DNA of 33,954 bases from Nemertoderma westbladi. Lineage: Eukaryota; Animalia; Xenacoelomorpha. A model generated the notes under the pieces. The model saw nothing but the letters and a program-made list of their open reading frames with translations. It had not been told where the DNA came from and did not search any database. The position numbers were made by a program, and so were the translations under genes. The stretch is from assembly GCA_032718475.1 (NCBI GenBank), contig JAUCBJ010005104.1:1-33954 (forward strand), read 5' to 3'. The first letter of the stretch is position 1; the number at the start of each line of letters is the position of its first letter. Positions 9,951-21,617 of the stretch are shown here, piece after piece.

Positions 9951-12667
9951 ACTGGTGTTATAGGTGTAACCCTTGATGTCTTCTGGGCCAACAATGTCCT
10001 GCAAAGCGGAGGTGATTTTGTTCTAATGTCAAGCTTGGGGGAACCAATGAGACACCTCCAATGTTATATAGTGTCTGGTTGGAGATGTGTGCATTGTACT
10101 TGACACAATGAACCTGTCGTAGCATTCTTGTGAATGTGCCATCCAGAAATTTGATGTCCTCAGCAGTTAGAGCCCAGCATGGACTCCCATAGAGGAGTAC
10201 TGGAACTACTGCTGCTCTAAATAATCGGATCTTAAGGGGGGGTAGTGCATTTTCTGACCAAAAAGTCAAATTTTGAAACATATCCTATCTGATGCAGAAT
10301 TTCATGCTGAATCCAAATATGGAAACCGTTTACCCATATCTTGCTTAGTTTTCGAGATATCTGGGATAGAAGATACTGGCTCCGATATATTGCGATATCG
10401 GTAAAGGAAATGAAGTTTGGGGTTTGCATTCAATTTCTGCAAATTTCTGTGCTCAGTGGTGCCAATTGGATGTCTCCACGAGAAAGAGCACAAAATTTTA
10501 ATTAAGAATGTATTTTTTTATGATTATTGGACCTACTTGTCAGTTTATAAGACAACTTCAAGTCTCCGGAATGAAGACGGGACTCGAATAAGCGACTCTG
10601 CGGTCTTTGTGGGGTTACACGGAATAGACTTATCAGTCATCGGAGATCTTCAAAATGTATAATCTCCAGTTCTAGTGGTCGTAAGAAGTTCGTTTTAGGC
10701 TCATTCGAAAGCTCTTTTCTTAGAGAACAAAGTTACCATTTGATTTAAGACAAAATTGTTGTGAAGCAACATAACATGAATTTGGGTAAAATATGCCTTG
10801 CAAATTTTGTTCAAGTTATGATTGCTCAGGCAGCTTTCAAGAGTTTGCCAAACCAAATGGTAACTTTGGTCTCTGAGAAAAGAGCTTTCGAATGAGCCCA
10901 AAACGAACTCCGTACGACCACTAGAACTGGAGATTATACATTTTGAAGATCTCCGATGACCGATAAGTCTATTCTGTATAATCCCGCAAAGTTGATTATT
11001 TGAGTCCCGTCTTCATTCCGGAGACTTGAAGTTGTCTTATAAACTGACAAGTAGGTCCAATAATCATAAAAAAATACCTTCTTATTTAAAATTTTGTGCT
11101 CTTTCTCGTGGAGACATCCAATTGGCACAACTGAGCACAGAAATTTGCAGAAATTGAATGCAAACCCCAAACTTCATCTCCTTTACCAATATTGCGATAT
11201 ATCGGAGCCCGTATCTTCTATTCCAGATATCTCGAAAACTAAGCAAGATATGGGAAAACGGTTTCCATATTTGGATTCAGCATGAGATTCTGCATCAGAT
11301 AGGATATGTTTCAAAAATTCGACTTTTTGGTCAGAAAATGTGCTACCCCCCCCCCCCCTTAAGTTTCCGATTAATTCTCGGTGACTTCCAAATCCTGGAA
11401 AGCCTATTCAAGGCTGCCCATGCCTTTCCCTTACGTATTCGAAGGTCCTCACCTGACTTCCGGATCCATGATCCCAGGTAACAGAAGTCGTCCACATGCT
11501 CAAGCATACCATCCTTTGAGCTTATGCTCATCCGATCAGAGACTTGCTGAGAACTTTCAAAGTTAACTGTCAAAATTTTGGTCTTTCTGGGGTTAATAAA
11601 AAGACCAACACTAGAAGCAGCATGTTCTTAATGAGCTGAGGAGCCGTTGGGCTCCCTCTAGTGATTCGTAGAGTACTCCCAAGTCATCAGCAAAGTCTAG
11701 ATCAGTTAGGTACTTGGGATTTGGTTACTTGATTTCCTCGACTTCTGGAGCCAGTAGGTGGAGTTATCATCACCCCATCATCATTATGATGATCTAAGGA
11801 CATGTGTAGAACATAGTCAACCACAATTATGAACAAGAATGGTGCAATGTGTCTCCCTGGAGGACGCCCCATAACACTTTCTAATGGTTCTGTGTCACCA
11901 TCAACAGTAAACACAAATGTTGTCGAACCATCGTATACTGATCTGATTGCTGCAATAATTTCATCAGGAATCCCATATAATGAAAGTATGCTGAACATAC
12001 GTGAGCGGGAGACTGAATCAAAGGCCTTGAAGAAGTCAACAAAGATAACAGCCAGATTCCTGTCTTTCTATTTTGATAACTCTTCAATTATCCTTCTAAG
12101 TGCCAAAATAGGCTCCATGGTCCCACGACCTTTACGGAACCCATTATGATTTCCACGGAGCAGTCTCTCAATGGGATCCCTGATGCGATTTAATAGAATT
12201 CTATGGTATAGCTTTGCAGCAATGAGATTCCCCGAAAAGAACCATAGTGTGTTAGGTTGCCCTTCTTGGGAACTGGCACCAACTTGTTCATTTTATTTCT
12301 TGTGGGACTCTTGTTGTTCAGTACATGTCTACTATGATGGGATAGATGAGCTTTAAACACTCAGGTATTTTAAATACCTCAGGGGGAACGCCATCTACTC
12401 CAAGGTATTTTAAAGACCTCAGGGGGAACGCCATCTACTCCACTGGCACGATTGGTCTTAATGCTCTTTGCAGCAGCCTTCACTTCTGCAAAGGAGATAT
12501 CACCAATGGGGATATCTGGGAGTACGGACTCAGACACTTTTACTTCTATAAAGTTATCAGGGAATACCCTGTCATTATTGAGGAGCTTTTCAAAGTGGGC
12601 CTTCCAACCATTGAGGCGATCGGCTGGTGATTCAGCCTTAACCTTAAGGCAGTAGGTCCAGAACTAC
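9951..12667 (-). mobile_element. RTE-type LINE family B (older, decayed), interrupted by the 10236-11358 element
   Basis: LNGWKAHFEKLL, VDFFKAFDS, YGIPDEII, APFLFIIVVDY, LDFADDL, DDFCYLGSWI, KAWAALNRL, VLLYGSPCW, LRFAGHCW. Contains a 40-bp tandem duplication at 12363-12442. Confidence 0.88.
10236..11358. mobile_element. Complete non-autonomous foldback/MITE with ~500-bp TIRs and TTAA target duplication (Kolobok-like)
   Basis: TTAA (10232-10235) GGGGGGGTAG ... CTACCCCC... TTAA (11359-11362). Arms ~10236-10742 and ~10854-11358 are reverse complements. Removal restores LINE ...INRKLK|IRLFRAAV. TTAA with purine (GG) termini fits Kolobok rather than piggyBac (CC). Confidence 0.9.
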
Positions 12668-15600
12668 ATAATAATAATGGTTACATTTTTAGTAGGGCGA
12701 AAATATAGGCTTCTAGGGGTTTGAACAATCTAGTATCCCTGAGTAAACAAAGTAAGCGATAAAGGAGCCTTGTTTGCGACAACATTGTTCAAAATAAGCC
12801 ATTTATAATGACAGTATACCTACTGAAAGAAAAAACTTTCAATTTCAAACTAAGATAAAGCATGTACAAAATACTTTCGGGTATTAGATATAAAATATAT
12901 TGTAAACATGAAACTAATAAATCAAAATGAAATCATAAAGGGCAAAAAATATTCATGTTAAACTTAAGAAGTTTTACAATTGACAAAGTGATTTCAAAGT
13001 CACATCAGAATTATTACGTTCAATTTCCAACTGGTTATATATTATTAACGACAATTTAGCCAACTAGACCATTCTCGAGTTCGTCATGAGTGGCTATCAA
13101 ACATATCTTGTGTATCGGACGATCATATCTACCCTTCAGGGTCGTACTCTGGCCTTTCATACAACCATCACAACCAGTATAAATTTCTCTACAACTGCCT
13201 TCTCCCAAAGGCCATGGAAAAGCCAAGTTTGTAGCATGATTACAAGATCACCTTGTTTCGAGTTATCGCAAACATGAAACCATTTAGATTTCTCAATTAA
13301 CTGGGGCAGCATGTGGCAAATCCAGATAGGGGAGGGAAACTAGACACAATAAAAATTCATCCCTCTCCAGGGGAAATTGGACGCAAATAACAGCTGATTA
13401 CTATCAAAAATAAAACTGTAACCTGTTCTATTTTGTTTAGTTTATTGTTTTGGTTAAAATAACATGCCACTGTAACCTGCTCCTTTCCCTAAATTGAGAA
13501 TTTAACATTGAGGCGGGATATTAATTCACCAAGGCGGGTTTTGTGTTTTCACATTTTCAAACACTTTAGTGTAGTGTTCAAGTCGATATGAATATTACCC
13601 ATCTGCTGATGAAGTAATTTACCACATCTAACACGACAAAACAGACATCTATGTGCCACTGTAATAATAAATAACTCCACAAATCCATAGACCATTTACT
13701 GTATCTCCGCTTTAGCTCACCTGTAACCAAAATGACACACTTTCTTGTGGAAATATACAGCTAAGAGTTTATTAACTGGACTCCCCTTTGGATATATAAT
13801 ATATGTTTATGTTTAATCTCATCTGGAAGTTGATCGGCCATTTCGAGACATCCACCAACTTTCCATAAACCAGATTCATCATCCAATATCGGTGTTAGTT
13901 TATCAAATTCTTTATCCTTAAACAAATCCTGTCCTGACACCAGGCGAAAAATAGACAATTGTGTTATCTGTGAGAGGACCATTCTTTGTATCAATGTCGG
14001 ACTTTATAGTAAAGGAATCATAATGTTAATGCATATGTGATATAACAAAATTCCCAATCATAAAATTTCAGAATTGATTCAGCTAAATAGTTACAATAAC
14101 ATTATCATCATCTTTATCATCGGCTTGAGCGATGGCCAATAAGTTAACATTCTTATTCTTAAAATATCGAAGTTCAGGTATCTTCACAGGTTTCAGTTCG
14201 ACATCCTTTACATCATTATTCACTGAAAGTGGAATCACAGAGCTATCATATTCTGGCTCATATAGGAATGGTGGGCCTTCGTGCCAAAATTTTAAGTCTT
14301 CCAATGGAATTGGCTTTGTCAACTTATCCGCTGGATTCAGTTTGCTTGGAATATCTGAAAGCAGCTAAGCAAATATTGAGTCTAAGGGTACTCTCTAAAA
14401 CTTTAACTAATCGTATAATAATAATAATACATGACATCAGTTCCAAACATGGAATCAAGGCTCGCCTTAATGGAGCAACTGAACTAACGTCTTTGAACAA
14501 ACGAAATGAAAGTATTTGAAACACTTCCATATATACATCCAAAATATACACTCCATCCATATGCTCTTTCTCCTCCATCACAAAATCCATGCAGTTCTGG
14601 ATCACCTACAACATATCTTGGCTTTAAACATCTATCAATATCAAATAATGATATTGGCTCAATCTCTAATAAAGAATCTTTCCATTGACTAGACTCGGTG
14701 AAAGTTCTGTCCAGTCTAGTCTATCTTACGTGCACAAAGACTTTGCCAAGCTATATGGTATTTAATCATCACCTGGGAAAACAATCTAATAGGGTCCCAC
14801 ACCTTAGATTTTTGAGAAAGTATTGTCTGCTTCATTACAACTCTCAAAGAAGACAAGCATTGCAATGTAAACTTATCACTGTCCTTATACCATTTATGAC
14901 CCAAAACATATGTAACTCGATCATCGGGCATTTTGTCAACTTCTTTATAATTTGAGTGCCAACACTTAACTCTAAATTGTCCTTTATTTAGGAGTTCATC
15001 ACTCTCATTTATAACAGTATTGGCCTCCATAACATTACTTTCAGAATGACTGATGTCATCAATATATATTCTCTCTGATAATACATTTGATGCTTTAGGA
15101 TACCCTCCTCCATACTTTGTTATAAGAAACTGAACTGCATTGTTAGCTATATCTGGAGCAGGTTTATCTCCAAACAACAGTCTCATCCATTGATAAACAG
15201 TTAGGCTGAGAGCCTTTATATTTAGCGACAGAATTAAATACAATTCGAATAGGAGTTGACAGCTTGTGGTTGCAATACACCGTGATGATTTAGGTACCAA
15301 GCCAGTTTACCGTCCGACACATCCTTGTCTTCAACCTTGTCAACCACTTTCCTGTCCAATATTTCTTGCATGGCCTTATTATAAAGTTACAATTGTCCTC
15401 TTAATTTCAGTTTATCTTCTCTATTCTTCAAATAAATCATAGCTTTACCATAATTATTCCCCAGAACTTCTGGGGATCGTGGCTTCTAAGGAAACTTTGT
15501 CCTTACATGACCTGAAACAGAGGTTTATATCAGTATGTTTAAAGAAAGCAGCTTCTTCTCTCTCTTTATCAGAACAAACACACTCCTTTGTTTGTAGCCT

Positions 15601-15853
15601 TAAGTCCAACAATATCTGATAAAAACATTGACTGAATGTCACTATTCATTTGTGCTACTTCTGTAATGCGTTTGTCTAATTATCTTCACTGCTGCATTAG
15701 AAGAAACTGACATGTCGTTGGAAGCCCGGGTCCTGTAATTGTCCATCCCAATCTACAACACTCTGACACTTGGCGATCAGTTTCATTCTAGGTTTATCAT
15801 GACTCACATTTATATCAGTATCATATAATAAGTATGCTTGGTCTTCTAGAATA

Positions 15854-18547
15854 ATATCAACCATACCACCCTTATTATAAATCCTCCAAAATTAAGATGA
15901 AATATAAAGAAATATAAATGTAAGTGGGGGTTGTTGGTGAACACATTTTCTTTGCTAGAGCATACAACATTTTCAATGTAACAGCTGGAACATCATAAAG
16001 TCCAGACGAGCAGTCAGCTGAGCAGATGTTTAATTTATTATGTTGTGAGACTTATCTTTGTAGTAGATAGTAGAGCTCTGTATCCTCACCATATAATCCT
16101 GGTTTTTCTGTACAATGACTTGTAATCAACATTGTATCAGATCCAGACTCTGTTAAACATGTAGCAGGAATTAACCGTCCTTGAGTATCCAATACTTTTA
16201 ATCTCTAAAATTGGCAACGAAGCATTATAAACATTATTTTCATTTATAGGTACATTAAAAGCATTATCACGTTTGGTACAAATTTCAGAGTATCTGGTGA
16301 AGGAATCCATACTTGTGACGGGATTGGAGGAGGAACTCCAGCATTGTTGACATTGCTATTTGCATTATGGACTGCATTAACTGCAGACGAGCCTGAGGAT
16401 GGATTACTTCTTTATTTATGAAGTAACAAGTGATGTTTGCCCTGACAAATACTACATTTAAAATTAGATCGACACTTGACCCGGTGACCTTTCTGAAGAC
16501 ATCTTAAACATCGTCCAGTGCTTGTAACATGTTTAAATCAATCATCTACAGCATGTTGTTGAAACAAAGCCCACAAATAAATTGCATGATGATTCTCACA
16601 ACCAAGTTCACAATGCATATTTCTTGATCAAACTACACCATTGCTATAAACTTGAGAACTCAATCGAGAACTCGTATTGTCTTGTATCGGACTTCTGAAA
16701 TCTCTAGAACAATTATATACTGTTCAAAATAATTGTCGACTTCTCTTCCAAATATTCTAACAACGAATTAATATCTTTCTCCCCACAACTTATCTTCATA
16801 AATTCTTTATAATCACAAGCGGTTTCACTGTCGAGTTACTGTATTAAATCATTGAAAACGTACTTGGATTTCAATTCCTCTTGTTCTCCAAGATCCTCCA
16901 TACGAGTCGAAAATAACCAGACTAGTTGAATGAAGTATCACAATTCTCCAGGTCTTATTTAATCTCCAACATAATATATAAGTGGCCTTCAACTCTCAAC
17001 ATCTTTAATTACTAATCTCAATACATTATTGACTTTAATTGTTCTCTCAAACTCTGTCCAAACGTCATCTATATTCTTCATACACCAAACAATTCCTCTT
17101 GTTCTCCAAGATCCTCCATACGAGTCGAAAATAACCAGACTAGTTGAATGAAGTATCACAATTCTCCAGGTCTTATTTAATCTCCAACATAATATATAAG
17201 ATATCAACCATACCACCCTTATTATAAATCCTCCAAAATTAAGATGAAATATAAAGAAATATAAATGTAAGTGGGGGTTGTTGGTGAACACATTTTCTTT
17301 GCTAGAGCATACAACATTTTCAATGTAACAGCTGGAACATCATAAAGTCCAGACGAGCAGTCAGCTGAGCAGATGTTTAATTTATTATGTTGTGAGACTT
17401 ATCTTTGTAGTAGATAGTAGAGCTCTGTATCCTCACCATATAATCCTGGTTTTTCTGTACAATGACTTGTAATCAACATTGTATCAGATCCAGACTCTGT
17501 TAAACATGTAGCAGGAATTAACCGTCCTTGAGTATCCAATACTTTTAATCTCTAAAATTGGCAACGAAGCATTATAAACATTATTTTCATTTATAGGTAC
17601 ATTAAAAGCATTATCACGTTTGGTACAAATTTCAGAGTATCTGGTGAAGGAATCCATACTTGTGACGGGATTGGAGGAGGAACTCCAGCATTGTTGACAT
17701 TGCTATTTGCATTATGGACTGCATTAACTGCAGACGAGCCTGAGGATGGATTACTTCTTTATTTATGAAGTAACAAGTGATGTTTGCCCTGACAAATACT
17801 ACATTTAAAATTAGATCGACACTTGACCCGGTGACCTTTCTGAAGACATCTTAAACATCGTCCAGTGCTTGTAACATGTTTAAATCAATCATCTACAGCA
17901 TGTTGTTGAAACAAAGCCCACAAATAAATTGCATGATGATTCTCACAACCAAGTTCACAATGCATATTTCTTGATCAAACTACACCATTGCTATAAACTT
18001 GAGAACTCAATCGAGAACTCGTATTGTCTTGTATCGGACTTCTGAAATCTCTAGAACAATTATATACTGTTCAAAATAATTGTCGACTTCTCTTCCAAAT
18101 ATTCTAACAACGAATTAATATCTTTCTCCCCACAACTTATCTTCATAAATTCTTTATAATCACAAGCGGTTTCACTGTCGAGTTACTGTATTAAATCATT
18201 GAAAACGTACTTGGATTTCAATTCCTCTTGTTCTCCAAGATCCTCCATACGAGTCGAAAATAACCAGACTAGTTGAATGAAGTATCACAATTCTCCAGGT
18301 CTTATTTAATCTCCAACATAATATATAAGTGGCCTTCAACTCTCAACATCTTTAATTACTAATCTCAATACATTATTGACTTTAATTGTTCTCTCAAACT
18401 CTGTCCAAACGTCATCTATATTCTTCATACACCAAACAATTCCTCTTGTTCTCCAAGATCCTCCATACGAGTCGAAAATAACCAGACTAGTTGAATGAAG
18501 TATCACAATTCTCCAGGTCTTATTTAATCTCCAACATAATATATAAG
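15854..18547. repeat. 1347-bp tandem duplication (15854-17200 / 17201-18547) in BEL gag-protease
   Basis: ATATCAACCATACCACC at 15854 and 17201; both units end AATATATAAG; no differences seen by eye. Confidence 0.93.
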
Positions 18548-18655
18548 TGGCCTTCAACTCTCAACATCTTTAATTACTAATCTCAATACATTATTGACTT
18601 TAATTATTCTCTCAAACTCTGTCCAAACGTCATCTATATTCTTCATACACCAAAC
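18219..18655. repeat. 218-bp tandem duplication (also 16872-17200, second unit partial)
   Basis: CAATTCCTCTTGTTCTCCAAG at 16872, 17090, 18219 and 18437; one G/A difference near 18606. Confidence 0.92.
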
Positions 18656-19597
18656 CATCTTTTGTGTTCCTCGGGAGTAACACTGAGCATTCTCATAATT
18701 TGACTTGCACTGTCAATCTCATTGTCATCATTCATCGTGTGCTGATCCAATCGTTTCTAACCGAAATATTCTTTGTGGTTGCCATTCCATTCAGGAACAT
18801 CTAAACCAGCCAATTTTTCTACAACTTTGCAACCTTAAATTTCCTGAAACTGTCCACTCTATCTTTAAATGTATCTGCTGTTAATTGTTCTTGGGCTTCG
18901 CTATTTCTCTGTAAATTATTTAAACTATCAACAAGTTTCAGCATAAGTTCAACTCCCACTCCTGTAGATACAGCGGGTTCAGTTTTACCGGACGAAATTG
19001 ACTCATTATCTGCCCTCTTTTCACGGAAATCTTTCATCTGTGCTAAATATTCCAAGTAAGCCTGATGAATCTCATCTTCAAAGGCTTCCTGTTTGGGATG
19101 GATGATCCACATCTGGATCGATAGGCCTATTAACATAATGTTCATCAAGATTGGGATAACACTGAATAATGTTCAGAAAAGACTTATTTATTTAGAAAGA
19201 ATCTTCCGCGAGCGAAACATCAAGTAAACCGGATGAAAGAACAGTCTCAAAGTTTTTACCTCTGTGTTAAATCTACGATGCGCAGCTGTTCGCTTCTTCT
19301 TCAGCATCATATCATCCATAACTGACAGTACTGTATTGCTGATTAAATGTACTGATATAGGTTATTACAAATTCAGACTAGTTTGTTAGTCATGTTTTGG
19401 TCCTTTCAGAACCGGTTCGAAGTCCGCTATTATCAATACCATAAACAGATAAAACATATTGCCTCCTTTGCTTTGCTTTAATTCACATCATACGCATAAC
19501 ATTAACACAGGTAAGATAAAGGCGACCATAAAAAGGTCTGAATTTAGTAAGTAATCCAACTACTGTTGCATTAACAGCTCATTTTGTTTCCCATGTA

Positions 19598-19934
19598 ACA
19601 GTCTCTCACCAGGATCCCTCACTGCCTGATGTGATTTAATATAATTCTGTTGTATAGCTTTGCAGCAATCGAGATTAGTGAGATTCCGCGAAAAGATCCA
19701 CATGTTGTTAGGTTACCCTTCTTTAAGACTGTGACCAACTTATTTGTTTTCAGTTCTTGAGGGTTCTCTTATATCTCCTATACATGTCCATGTCCACAAT
19801 AATGGGGTGAATGATCTCCAAATACTCAGGAATTTTAACTCTACTTCCCATCTACTCTACTGGCACGATTGGTCTTGATGCTCCTAGCTGCAGTCTTGAT
19901 TTCAGCAAAGAAGATGCCACCAATGGGGGTATCT
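19598..19934 (-). mobile_element. Diverged RTE-type LINE family B fragment
   Basis: Colinear with ~12161-12517 (CAGTCTCTCA, TATAGCTTTGCAGCAAT, CCATCTACTC..CTGGCACGATTGGTCTT, CACCAATGGGG.TATCT). Confidence 0.8.
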
Positions 19935-20871
19935 CCTGCAGTGGGTAAATCATAGGTGAGTTATCCCAGCAGTAAAAATCATATTCGCAGTGGATAAATT
20001 CTAGGCAAAATTGGTATTAGAGTTTGTTTGAATGGCACTACAGTATAAATAGTGGTACCAATACTGGTATAGTGGTAAAGCATTATTGCAGTATTGCTTA
20101 AAGACAGTACCGTAATCCACAATAACAAATGTACAAATGCAACTCAGCAACTTATTTCTGGCCACCTGGCAGAATTCTGGTGGAGAGTTTTAAATCGTGA
20201 TCACATAAATCATGGAAGCATTACCGGTAACTACACTTGCTGAATGTCTATACTACTTTAACCAACATCCTGACCTAACCAACCCAAACAAACGGCCGTT
20301 TTCAGGATCAACATATGAAATAAACATAAACAACTATATCGCAACAGCTTGTAAGTTTAAATTAAAATAATAAATTCCTTTCCATTAACTTAATAAACTC
20401 AAGCAATCTTCAAGATAGTGCACAATACTGCTATACCGGTACCGGTACCATTCTGCCATTATTTATCTGATTTAATGCTTGTTCGGCTAGTGCCATTCAA
20501 ACATACTAATACTGACAAAGTCCTGAAGTCATCACAGCAATAAAACTTGTACCTAGTTGAGGTGGATAAATCATAGGTGGAGTTGGTTATCCCTCTGGTT
20601 AAACTCAGTCAAAGTGGGTAAATCATAGGCAGATTTGTTCCGGTGGTTTAGCTGGTACCATAGTTATGTCAGTATGTAGTTGCAGTGGATAAAATCGTAG
20701 TTGTTCTGTCTGTCCAGTCATCCTGAAGGTATCATAGGTCGAGTCGCCCCAAGTCATGATTTTATATAAATTTCAGTATAGCAAACTGTCTAACAGATTC
20801 CTAGGCATAACTGCCTGACTGCTGGCATATGTAGGGTAGGCCCTATACAGCTAGGTCCTATATGATTATTC
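19935..20871 (-). repeat. Inverted, decayed counterpart of 6727-7397 (right arm), interrupted by a MITE
   Basis: GTGG(G/A)TAAATCATAGG repeats and CTGGTTAAACTCA are reverse complements of the 52-bp unit. AAGTCATGATTTTATA, TAGGCATAACTGCCT and TATATGATTATTC mirror 6845-6860, 6759-6773 and 6727-6739. Confidence 0.7.
20014..20512. mobile_element. Small MITE-like element
   Basis: AGTTTGTTTGAATGGCACTA (20021-20040) vs TAGTGCCATTCAAACATACT (20488-20507), 19/20 inverted match. Confidence 0.6.
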
Positions 20872-20875
20872 CTAA

Positions 20876-21275
20876 AATTGAATTCCCTCAAAAAAACCAA
20901 AAATAGTTTAAAATTTCCCCAAAATACCAGTACTAAAAAATACTGATTTTGAGCCTCTGTTTTGGATATTGGACATTTAGTTTACCCCAAAACATTGCAA
21001 ATGACGAATTATCCCAAAACAATTGACGAATTAGGGGCCTATTGAATTACCCCAAAACACTTTAAAATGTTACTTTACTCTCATTTATTGTTTGGATTAG
21101 AATAACCTGACACTATAACCTGCCTCTTTGCACTTTCCATCACCGTTAATAAATGTTATTGGTTTATTTTGGAATACATTGTAGCCTATTTGGGGTATTT
21201 TTATACTATTTTTGGGTCTTTTTTGTGTATTGCCGTATTGTGGTATAATTTTGTGGTATTTTGGGGTAATTCATT
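20876..21275. mobile_element. Degenerate MITE-like element with AATTACCCCAAAA subrepeats
   Basis: Left AATTGAATTCCCTCAAAA..ACCAAAAATA vs right TTTTGTGGTATTTTGGGGTAATTCATT; internal CCCCAAAA / TTTGGGG motifs switch orientation in the middle. Confidence 0.5.
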
Positions 21276-21617
21276 ACTCATTACAGCATTAGGAACATAT
21301 TAGCCATCTATGAGAGGTTGTAGGGGGATTCCCAACACATAAGGCAGTATAGTATAGTCGAGATAATACTGTAATATATTGCAGTTTTGGCACTGGTGAA
21401 GATGATTATGCTAGGGAAGTAAAATAAGATCAGTTAGTATAAGTACTTAAAAAGTGCTAGTTTATACATCTTGAAGTAAATAGTCATCCTTTTATCTCTT
21501 AATATAATTAATTAAACATTTAAGGAATTATATTTATATTATATTATTTGCATACTGGCATATTTACCTATACCATTCTTTGAATCTCTTGGTAAGCTAA
21601 TTTATAAAGAACCAATT

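Larger units (their letters stand above)
12668..19600 (-). mobile_element. Decayed BEL/Pao LTR retrotransposon (boundaries approximate)
   Basis: Gag start MDDMMLKKKRTAAHRRF (~19319); knuckles RCLRCLQKGH..C..CSICQGKHHLLLH (~16430-16520); protease LTESGSD (~16150); RT LLFGDKPAP/IYIDDI/KCWHSN; RNase H-A17 KVWDPI, ELHGFCDGGERAYG, APL..IPCLEL, WHEGPPFL; IN zinc finger CLFCRV..QQMGNI (~13600-13660); C-terminal KW..GDLV..W (~13070-13320). Many stops and frameshifts. Confidence 0.9.

Noticed and set aside
10236-11358. piggyBac assignment
   Set aside because: TTAA fits, but the termini are GG...CC rather than the CC...GG of piggyBac.
10232-11481. Short ORFs repeated in both MITE copies
   Set aside because: They recur only because the DNA is palindromic and repeated; no transposase motifs.
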